Below, piece by piece: positions 1 to 10,757 of a DNA stretch of 33,817 nt. Under the pieces are notes generated by a model. That model searched no databases. It was not told the DNA's origin and saw only the letters and a program-made list of their open reading frames with translations. Each line of letters begins with the position of its first letter. The stretch's first letter is position 1. Location of the stretch: assembly GCA_033442325.1 (NCBI GenBank), contig JAWQFM010000024.1:1140490-1174306 (forward strand). Direction: 5' to 3'. Position numbers and translations under genes: made by a program. The DNA is from Salpingoeca rosetta (lineage: Eukaryota; Protista; Choanoflagellata).

Positions 1-110
<110 letters not shown>

Positions 111-114
111 ACAG

Positions 115-239
115 GGTCGGCGCAAGTGACGCCATCTGGAGAGACAAGGGCAAACTGCTGGTACGGCTATCAGTGCCGCACACAACACAACCGGCCCCAT
201 CATGCAGTCCGCTTCAACCACGTGTGCGATCCAAGATGA
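115..239 (+). CDS. Terminal exon of a gene entering from the left; encodes a CHFR-type PAR-binding zinc finger (PBZ)
   Basis: After ctgacAG, the frame starting at 117 reads SAQVTPSGETRANCWYGYQCRTQHNRPHHAVRFNHVCDPR* (TGA 237-239). The C-x5-C-R-T-Q..H-H-A-x2-F-N-H-x-C pattern matches the CHFR C-terminal PBZ as I recall it (RPDCYWGRNCRTQVKAHHAMKFNHICE). Too short for the ORF track. Confidence 0.75.
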
Positions 240-957
240 TCCGTGGTTGGCGGTGGAGATGGTTGTGCTGTGAGTCTGCTCATGCTTTGGTGCTTGGTTT
301 TGTGTGTGTGGCGTCATCGTTGCTCTTGTCACATGGTCGTAAAATGTACACCCAACGAAGTGAGATTGAGTGAGTGGAGTGAGGGTTGAACACACGGCAG
401 ATACACGCACAGACAGAGCGAGAGAGAGTTCAGACACACACACACACTCTCTCACCCAACCCCTCCCAAGCAAGCAAGCACAACACCCAAGCACCACAAA
501 AAATTGATTGCTTACGCCAGCAAAAGCCTCCAATGCCGATTATTAGAGGCTATCTTTAACCAATTCTCCGCTGGCGCTTTGCACCATCGCCGACCTACCA
601 CCGTTGTTGCACACACACACGCACTCTCACGCCACACACACACACCAGCAGCACTTCCTTTGTCCTTCTTCCTCTTCTGCTCTGTTTTGGTTTTGTGTGT
701 GCGTGTGTATGCTTCCGCTGTCATCCACCGCCCAGCCAGCCAGCCAGCCATCAGCCGCCTACCTCCACACCTGTTGCTGCCATCCATCCCATCCCTCGCT
801 TGACCCGCTACCACGGTTCCAACGGTGCCTTGCCTTGCCTTGCATCCCCCTTTTTTTTTTCCTTTGCACACTGTGTCCACCACAACCCCACAACCACAAC
901 CACAACCACGGCACACGCACGGCAACCCAGAACACCAAACAACTGCAACCGACAGCG

Positions 958-1093
958 ATGCGGTTCCACGTGCGAACCCCAGTTGTCATGTTGCTGATGG
1001 CCCTGACAGTCCTCACGGCGAGTGGGCTTCTCTCTCAAGCCGCACCAACCAACCCCCGCGCCCTGGCCGCACGCAGCAGAAATGGCCATGCGG

Positions 1094-1127
<34 letters not shown>

Positions 1128-4100
1128 CCTCGAGTTGGACAATGGCCGAGACAATGATGATGCCCCGTCGCAGCGTCTTGTCGCCACCATGATCTTGGAC
1201 GTTGCTGCCGTTGCTGCCAGGCACGGGGTTACAGCACAGGCGGCTGCGAGCGCCTCCAGTGCGGACAATGACGCTGATGCAACCACTGCCAGCGCCGACG
1301 ATGACGAGAGAACATCGCGTTGGGGGTCCTACCATCGCCGCTTCAACTGGCAAACTCACCACGACCGCCAGCCTCACCATGAGTACCACCACCATCACGA
1401 CCACCACGATCGTCACTTTGACCACCACCATGAGCCACACTCCGACCATCACAGCGACAACGATGCCAAATCCACGTCCACATCATCATCAACATCAACA
1501 ACATCATCAACAAGCACAAGCTCAACAACTACCACGACGACAAGCACAACAACCACCACCACCACCACAACAACAACTACAACCACAACAACCACCACAA
1601 CAACAACTACAACCACAACAACCACCACAACAACAACTACAACCACAACAACCACCACCACAACCACAACAACAACAACAACCACAACCACAACCACAAC
1701 CACCACCATCCGGGCGCCTGATGTGCACACGGACGACGATAAGCCGACGCACCGTCCACTCGGTCCCTACGGCCCGAGCAACTCGTCTTCACCGTCCGCA
1801 CCGCGAGCGCCGCCGTACCCGGGCACGGGTCACGCGCCACCGTCAGACCCGTCAAGCGTGCGCTACCCAAACCAGGAAGCGTGGCAGCGGTATTACCAGC
1901 ACTTCAACTGGACAAAGTGGTGGGAGATGCAGCACAAGAGCAACTTGGCATGGCATGGCCACGGCAGGCACCCATATCCCAGCCATCCTGGCCAGTATCC
2001 CGTGAAACCGCAATCCCCACAACCAACGCCGCCTCCCCCTACCTCGACGGCAGCCGCCACCTACACGGCAGCATCAACGACAGACGGCAACAACGGCCAC
2101 CACCGCACGCGCTGGCAGGACTGGCGGTGGCTCACCGGGTTCTTCATCTCTGTTGGCTGCATCTTTGCCCTCACTGTTGGCATCTTTGTGTTTGTGTTCC
2201 GTCGCCTCCCATCATCGTCGACCCCAGCCAACCGCTCCAACAACGAGCACATGCAGCTCCTCGCAGAGGTGCGTGCATGATTTCTGCTCACGTGTGCGTG
2301 TGCATGTACATGCACATGTGCTCGTACTCGTGTGTACGTGTACGTTCGTATAAACGAGTCGATGCTTGTGCGTGTATTGTGTGTGCTTGTGTGTGCTTGT
2401 GTGTGCTTGCTCTTGCGAATAAGCGCCTTTCTTCCTGCGCCACGATTGTCGCTGCACTATTGTGGAACACCTCCTCCCTGCTCACACCACCAACATGTTC
2501 CTACACTCCTCACCACCATCTGCGCCAATGCCCTTCCCCCACATGTCTCCCTCTCCCTTCACTTCAAAACACCTGCCCCCCCCCCCTCTTCTGCAGATTG
2601 CACAGTACGATGATCCCGTGTTTATGCCGGCCACCAAGACGGCTGCATCGGGACCCGCGGCGCCGGTCAACCCAGCCCCGCCCTACGACGTCAACACTGC
2701 AGCAGGCACCACCCACACCATCAGCATCAGCATCAGCAACGGCAACAGCAACAGCAACAGCACAGACAGCGACAGTGAGGCCTGTTTCCAGGGCCTGGTC
2801 ACTGCTGACCACCGCCATCACGATCATCATCAGCAGCGTGATCATCATCACCACGGCCATGACAGCGCGTCGTCGAGTGAGGTTGGCTGCTCCTCGTCGC
2901 CGTGGTCGTCGTCGATTGCGCACTCGGACCCGGCCACTGCAGCCAGCAACAGCAGTGCCGACCACTCCTCACCGGGGCAGCACTCGCACTCGCACAGCAC
3001 AGGCAGTGTTGTCATTGCCATGGATGACACACCATACAACAGCAGCAGCAGCCAGCAGCAGCAACAACAACAGCAACAGCAGCAGCATGCTTCGTTGCTG
3101 CCACTGCTTCCACTTGACCAAACAACAAGGGAGCAGAAGCAGACGAACAGTCAGGCAATGGCGCTGCCCACTTATTTCCGCACAGATGATGCAGACATTC
3201 CCACCATCTCCACGTCATCGTGTTCCGGCGCTGCCAACCCCTCCTCCCCGTCCCCCATCTCCCCTGCTGCCGTGTGGTCTCGCCTTTATTCTCTCATGAC
3301 TGCCCTCTGGCCAGCAGCAGCCACCACCTCCTCCTCATCGCCGACCCACCAGCACCAGCACCAGCACCAGCGCCAACGCCAACACCACTCCCACATCAGC
3401 GGCGGCGGCCGCGGCGGCGGCGCCATCACGGCGGATGTCGCCCAGTACCGCCGGCTGCTGCAGCACCTGTACCCGCGCCACCTGCTCGACCGCGCACACG
3501 CCCACCGCGTCCTGCCGCTGCGCACCGCTGTCCTCCTGGGTGATGTGGACCAGCTGTCCGCCCTTCTCGAGGACACGCCCCCATCTCTGCTGGCGGCGAC
3601 AGATGCTGCGGGCCGCACGCTGCTGCACGAGGCCGTGCTGTCGCGGTCTGGGCTTGACGTTGCGCTCATCGCCATGCTGCTGCGCCACCGCTGCCCGACG
3701 GAGGTGCCCGACCTCCACGGCCGCACGCCGCTCCTGTGCGCCTGCGAGCTGAGCAAACCCGCGGCGGTGCGGGCGATGGCGGCCGGCGGCGCCGACGTCA
3801 ACGCGCGCGACGCCATGCAGCAGACGGGGCTCATGATCGCCTGCGCACGCAACGACGCAGACGTGGCCAGCGCGCTGCTCACCGCGGGGGCAGACAGCGC
3901 ACTGGCGGACGGGCGCGGGTACACAGCGATGCACTGGTGCTGCGCCACGGGGGCGGTGGAGGCCATGACCCGCCTCTCTGCATTCACCAGCAGACTCGTG
4001 GAGGTGAAGACGGGCGCCGGGGACACCTGCCTGCACCTGGCCGCGCGCGAAGCAAACGAGGCCGTCATCAAGGTGCTCATGGGGGAACGTGCGTCTGTCC

Positions 4101-4732
4101 GCGCCGTGCTGCTCACCTCTGTCAACGCCTTTGGGCAGCGGGCGGAGGATGCCGCGGCCGCCGCCAACCACCACGCCATTGCCCGGCACTTGCAGCAGCA
4201 CCGCGTCGCGCTGGAGCAGGACGTGCTGTGTGGACGCATGTCGCTCAAGGACCGCGCACCGCGCCGCCGAAGACACGCGAGCACGCCCGCTGGCGATGGC
4301 GAGGACGATGGCGACGCCGGCAGGCACCTCAGTACGACTCGGCCCGGCTCGAAGGTTGGGCGTGCCATGTACATGCGCAAGCACCGGCACCGCCACAAGG
4401 TGATTTCGCAGCTGCGGGAGACGCGCGTGCGGCACCTGGAGGGGGAGGGCGCGGCCATTGCTGCTGCTGTTGCCGCGCTCAAGGCAGACCGTCACTCCCT
4501 GATGCAGGCGCTGGCTGCCGTCTCGCCAGAGCACCTGCAGCGTCTCAAGGGACGCAAGGCACGGCCAGCAAAGCGACGCGCACTGGCGCTGGTCAAGACA
4601 AATGGATCAGCCGCGCCGCTCTCACCGCCGCTCGCGCCACCACTCGCAGCATCAGTGGCAGCAGCAGCGCACGGCAACCGAGCAACCAAAGCAAATCGCC
4701 GGCGCAGCCTCAGTGGTGCTGCATTTGTCTGA
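958..4732 (+). CDS. Type I single-pass membrane protein: signal peptide, His-rich/poly-Thr mucin-like ectodomain, TM, cytoplasmic ankyrin repeats and C-terminal bZIP-like domain (2 exons, about 1148 aa)
   Basis: Exon 1 is 958-2268 (437 codons), with donor GAG|GTGCGT at 2269 and polypyrimidine acceptor cctcttctgcAG at 2596. Exon 2 is 2597-4732. The phase-0 join fuses ORFs 604..2280 and 2462..4732 (..QLLAE|IAQYDDP..). Signal peptide MRFHVRTPVVMLLMALTVLTASGLLSQA. TM WLTGFFISVGCIFALTVGIFVFVF followed by RR (2128-2199). Ankyrin motifs GRTLLHEA, GRTPLLCAC, QQTGLMIAC, GYTAMHWCC, GDTCLHLAA (about 3520-4200). Basic region plus heptads at about 4352-4513. Confidence 0.75.
1489..1707 (+). repeat. Poly-Thr coding repeat, including three exact 30-bp units (1561-1650)
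   Basis: accaccacaacaacaactacaaccacaaca x3 inside an ACN codon run. Confidence 0.9.
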
Positions 4733-5824
4733 TTGACCGTTGCTTTGTTCGTTGAATTAGCAGCTATAGATTCGCGTACGTTGTAACACGTGTGTGTGTG
4801 TGTATGTACGTGCGTGTGTGTGTGTGTGTGTACGTGTGCGTATTGTGATTTGTTTTGGGTTGGATGAGACTTTTATCTGTTCACAAGGGGTTGTTGATAG
4901 TGGCCGTTGTTGTTGTCATATGTGTGTGCGTGTGCGTGTGTGCGTGTGTGCGTGTGTGCGCAGTGCCCTGCGCGCATGCTGCGCTTCCTTTCTTGACGAT
5001 GACTGTTGTGTTGTTTTGTGCTGTTAATTTGTTTTCTCTCATGTGTGTGTGTGTGTGTGTTTTGTATGGTTTTTTTTTGTTGTTTTTTCTTGCTGAGTTT
5101 GATTCGTTTGACCCATAATTGCTCCCCGTGGCCGTGTTCATCATCCTACCTATTCCGTGGGTGTTGTTGGACATGTGTTGTTCCACGTCTTCTCTCCTTT
5201 GTTCCCTTCCACTGTTCCTGTTTTCTCCTACCCCAGACCTTTCACTCCATTCCCCAGCCAATGATGTTGCTTGCCCCCGCCCCCTTCTGCCCTCTCCTCC
5301 TCCACTGCTGCTGCCGAACTCCTTCTTTGCCCCCTTCCCTCCACCAACATGACGTAACTGATCACGTTTCTGGTCACCTTGATTAATTCTTCCAATACAG
5401 AAAGCAAATCCCATATCAGTTGCCAGTACGTGCGCGTGCGTTTTGTGTGGTGAGCAAGGAAGCACGAGAACTGACTGGCCCGACACACATGTCAAGATAA
5501 CACGACAAAACAGAATGATGCGCAAATGAGCAAACAGGGGCTAACAAAGCGCAAAGCAACGAGGCGGTAAAGGGTAACACAACCAAAAACAAAACAAAAA
5601 CAAGCAAACGCACTGGCACACGACCACACAGAGTGATGTAACCGAGGAACAGAATCATGTCACATTTAACAACAAATGGAAAAACCACAAGCGTCACACA
5701 TCCTTAACAACCCAAGAGCAACAGTGGGTGGATGTAGCGTGGTGCAAAGAACGCAAACTCAACAAAGTCTTGCCAATCCTCATGATCATGATGTGTCATG
5801 TCATGCATGCCGTGTCCTGCCGTG

Positions 5825-7325
5825 TCACACCATGCTTTCCTTGTCCGAGTCAAATCCGTCTGGAATCGTCTGCGATGATGCCGGCAGTTCGTCCGCCAGA
5901 TCGTCGTCGTCATCATCAAACTCGTCTCGCGCAACAATCGTTGGTTGGCTCACCATTGGCCGGAGCGTGTGCAGTCGCGCGCGCCGCTCAGCACCGCCAT
6001 CATTGTCGTCACGCGTGGAGTTGGCGCTGTGGGCTTGCGTGTCGTTGGGGTGCAAATTGCTGCTGCTGCTGCTGCTGTTGTTGTTGACGGTTTCTTCACT
6101 GTTGTCATCATCACCATCACCATCACCATCGCCATCACCATCACCATCACCGTGCTTGCGCCCGCTGTTCCTGCTCAAGTTCCGTGAGAGCCGGCCCGCG
6201 CCCGTGTTTGACCGCGTGCGTCCGAGCCGCCGCTTCGTCGACCGCTGCGACGGCGGCGGCGTTGTTGATCGCCCCGCATTCGGCACCTCATTCACGGGCG
6301 CCAGCTTTGTCGGCGACTCCTTCGTGACGCTGCTGCTGCTGCTGCTCTTGTCGCCGTACACCACCAGCTCGTCGTCGTCATCCCACAGCGAGGACCGCGT
6401 GCGAGACTCGCGTCTCGAATCGCTGCCGGAACTGAACGTCGAGTCCCGTCGGAAGTGCTGTGCGCGCGTCGTGTTCTGGCGCGGGGGCAGCACCCGCCGC
6501 CGCACGCTCGACCCGCTCCTGGGCCCACCGGTCCCGCTGCTGCTGGCACTGCTGGCCGGAGCGCTGCCCAGGTTCAGGTCATCGCTGCTGCCGCCGTTGG
6601 TGACAGTGGAGGGTGTCATCGTTCCCTTTCGTCCGCTGGCGGTGCGGGACACGGCGGCCTTTCCGCTGCTGCTCACGTCGCTCGCGCTGGCGGCTTTGAT
6701 CACGGCCGATGGCGTGGTTGCGCGGGGGCTGCGGCCGTGAAGAGAGCCCGGTGCAGTGCTGGGCACCACCAGCGTGGTGTGGGCGTGGGCATCGGCGAGG
6801 TGGTAGTCTGGCTCGATGAGCGATGCAGACTGGTCGAGCGAGTGCGCCTGCTTGAAGAAGCGTCGCCGCACAGACGCGTTGGCGGAGTCAGGCGCGTCTG
6901 ACCGCGGCATCTGGTGGCAGTGGTTATGATGATGACGATGATGGCAGTGTTGATGGTGGTGATGGCAGTGGTGGTGGTGGTGGTGGTGAGTTGCCATGCA
7001 AGGGAAAGGGCATTGCAAGGCGTGGGTTGGATAAACGGGTCAGGAAACAGCGAGCGAAAGGTGTGAGCAAGCTTAATGCGTGTAACATAACGTACGCTGT
7101 AGCTGGCGGTGGATGCGCTTGGGCTCTTGCCCTGGGGACGAATGCGCCGAGAGCGGATGGCAGCGCTGGGGGAGCTGGTTGATGTTTCGCAGGGCATGGA
7201 AGGGTGGAGGAAGAGGAGGAGGAGATGCTTGTTTAGTGGAGCGATGGCAAGCAAAAGAAGGCTCAAAGCATAGGCAGAAAGACACGCGCACAGAATACTG
7301 AAAAGACAGAAAAGCAGAAAAACTA

Positions 7326-7368
<43 letters not shown>

Positions 7369-8543
7369 CCAGCACGCGTGTTGTTACCGCATGGATCCCG
7401 AGCTTGAGCGATGGCTCCTGGCGCGCGCAATGGCCTCTGTTTGGCCAGAGAGCGCATCCATCAGCGCCACCTGGTATGCCTGCATGCCTGGTGGTGCAGG
7501 TTTTGGGTGCGTCAAGTGCAAAATGGTCCCAGATGCGAAACGCGGGTTGGTAACGTGGTACAGAATCAAGTGACACAACCGCCAGCAGCAGCAGTAGCAG
7601 TAGCAGCAGTAGCAAACAGCAGTGACAACGGCTACTCGAGCACGGCTGTCAACTCACGGTTCATGCTGTCAGCGAGGGCCTCGATTTTGTTGTTGACGCG
7701 ATCGTCCAAACTTCCGATTCGGTCCGTCTGCCGCTTCTCCATCGCCTGTACACATGCACGTGTGGTTGTGCTATGAGCGTGGTGGTGGTTGGTGTCGATG
7801 CAAACTAACGCAACTGCGACAGGCCGCGCACACAAGAAGAGCTTGGCAAAACTGCACATGCGTGCTCACATCAAAGTGGGTGATGATGTGCGCCTGCAGG
7901 CGGTCGAGCGTGTCGCGGGTGCGGCGCTCCAGCCCCATGTTCTCTGCACCACGGAAGGCGAAGAATTGTGTGTGAACGTGTGTATGCATGTGTTGGGTGT
8001 TTGTGTGTTGTGTGCGTTGTGTGCGTTGTGTGCATGTATGTGTGTTGTTTGTGTGTTGTTTGTGTGCGTGCATGTGTCTGCTAGGTGTGGATTGTACGTT
8101 GTACATGTGTGCATGTGTGGAGTAGTACATGTGCATGAATTCATCACCTGCGCGAATTGCCTGGACGGTTCCCTGCCACTCGTCAATGCCTTCGCGTTCA
8201 CCGAGCTCGCCGCCCTGAAACACACGAACGCGGACGTGGTGGTGGTGGCGGTGGTGAGAGGAGGCGAAGGAAGGGGGAAGCCACGTGCAATACAAAACTG
8301 TTTCAATGCAAATCACGTCATGGGCATTCCGTGCCGCACCTTGGGCGTGAGCATGTGGAGCCACCGAGGGAAGAAGGTCTTGTTGCTCAGCAACTCATCA
8401 CCCATGCTCAACTCAATCTCTGGCACGCGGGGAACAAGAGGCAAAGGCGTGAGGCAAAATTGTGGGCAGTCGAGACGGGCGAGGGTCAGAATTGGGATGA
8501 GACAAGCGGCTCTCTCAACAACGGAATATGCATGGCACACACG

Positions 8544-8618
<75 letters not shown>

Positions 8619-10663
8619 CTGTTGCACCTGCGATGATGCGCGCTTTCTCGAAAGGGAACGCGTCGCCTTCTTCGTCGTTGATCTTTTGCATGAAATCGTC
8701 CATCAAGTTGATCTGACCGGGAAGAGAGGGGGGGATGGGGCGAGATGAGGCAAGAAAAGGACGCATCTACACGACAAACAAACAAACACACACACACACA
8801 CACACATACACACACACGTGCAAAAGCGCACAGACATGCATATACACACACATACAAGCGCATGGACATGTATATACGAGCGCACCATGAGATTCAGCAT
8901 GAAGATGTTGATGCCAACCATGAAGACAACGAACAGAAGCTTTACAACGCCCGTCTGTCGAAAACAGAGCGACAATCACACGAGAGAGGACATGGAGCAG
9001 TGTGAGCAAGATCCGCAAGATCGCTGGCGTCAATTTACACACTCACGCACGCACACGTGCACATACGGAAACACACAGACACAATCACAAACACAGACAC
9101 TCAGACACAGACACACTCGTACACGCCCCCCCCCCTCTTTGCACGCACCACTGCGTCGTCTGGGGGCAGTCCCTCCTCCACGGTACCGTCGCCAAGGAGG
9201 AGCAGCTTGAAGGTCTTGAACACGGAGTCCATCACAGAGTCGTCAATCTGAAACAGCGCGTCCTCGGATGGAATCGTGCTGTTGAACCCATGATGTGAGG
9301 CCACGTGCAAACGACGCGAGGATGACAAACAGCAGTCAAGCGGTCGTGTGCGCAAGGGACGTGTGCGCAAGGGACGTGGGCGTGGTGAACAAGGCGTGGG
9401 TGAGAAGTTACGTTGGGGGATGCCTTTGTGTTTGTGGCGAATGGATGGCAGCCTTGCGTGGCAACGAGTACTTGCACACATGCCTGCATGTACGCAACCA
9501 TGCAATCGCGTGGGCACGTGTTTGTGGATGTTACCTGAAGAGGACATGGAAGCAGTTGGCTGTTCCGAGGAGAACAACGACGAGGATGAGGAGGAACGGG
9601 CCGGTGTAGTAGAAGATCTGGGAACGACCGGTGGGCGGGACAAGAAGTGAGACGCGTGGAAGAATAGAGGCCGGGGGTATGGAGATGAAGGTAGACGGGG
9701 GGGGGGAGCCAAAGATGATGACATGATGAGACGCACAGTACTTGCCACATAAAGCATAGTTCAAACAGACGTGTGTCACAAAACAAACAAACAACAAACA
9801 AACAAACAAACAAACAAACAGAGACAAACAGCAATGCGGGCACCTTAAAGACCATGCGGACAAGACCGCCGGTGAATTCAAACGCGCGGAGAAAATAGAG
9901 AATTTCGAGCCAGAGGAAGAACGACGCAGCAGACGTGACGGGGATGAACTGAAGCGAGGGGGGGGGGGGAATACGATGATGGGTACAAGGTTGAGGTGGG
10001 TGTGGTGAGTTGCGGAAGGGCGGGGAGTGGATGAGGGTGAACATCAGCAGAACGCAATCATGCAGCAAGACGTGGGCACACGCTGCTTCGTGTGTGTTCA
10101 GGCACACGACCTAAACCAAGCGGCACGTTGGGAGTTGACTATCACCACCAGCATCACCGGCCGCACCCAGCGAGAGCCGAAGAGGAAGAGGACAGCGGAG
10201 ATGAGGGCCAGGGTGGCGGTGCCGGATTGCAGGAGATTCCATCCGTCGAGCACAACAGCCTTCACCAGCTCCGTTGGGTTGGCGTGCGGTGACGTCAGCA
10301 TTGCGGAGCGCAGTGCTGCCTCATCGTCGTCATCGTCGTCGTCATCCTCATACCCAACGCTCCGGTCGTCAGCAGCAGTGCCTGCAGGCACGAAGCGGGC
10401 AGAGTGCATTGGCGGGATTGGGAGAGGGGGGAGGAGGGTGTAGGTGGTGTTGGTACATAATGACGGGCACGTGAATGGGTACACAGACAGCACGATGGTT
10501 TGTGGACACTCGAGTGCAGGGCAAGCGTCACATCCACCACCACCACGACGATGGGTCAGACCTGAGACAAGGCGGACGGCGGTGCTGCGAACGACTTGAC
10601 GGTACTCGTTCTTCAGCTGGCGATAGCAGAAGAACGGAATCACCAGCGCCAGCAGTACACTAC

Positions 10664-10757
<94 letters not shown>

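Noticed and set aside
604-957. N-terminal extension of ORF 604..2280
   Set aside because: It starts at a non-ATG codon and reads through repeat-derived sequence; ATG 958 gives a clean signal peptide.
3286-4534. Long antisense ORFs (398 and 399 aa) over the ankyrin exon
   Set aside because: Shadow frames of GC-rich coding sequence; no independent motifs.
958-4732. Calling the receptor a true Notch orthologue
   Set aside because: No EGF or LNR repeats, almost no extracellular Cys and no RAM WxP motif next to the TM; only the topology and ankyrin block are Notch-like.
5676-6740. 354-aa plus-strand ORF
   Set aside because: Antisense shadow of the channel's last exon, which has an in-phase splice link on the minus strand.
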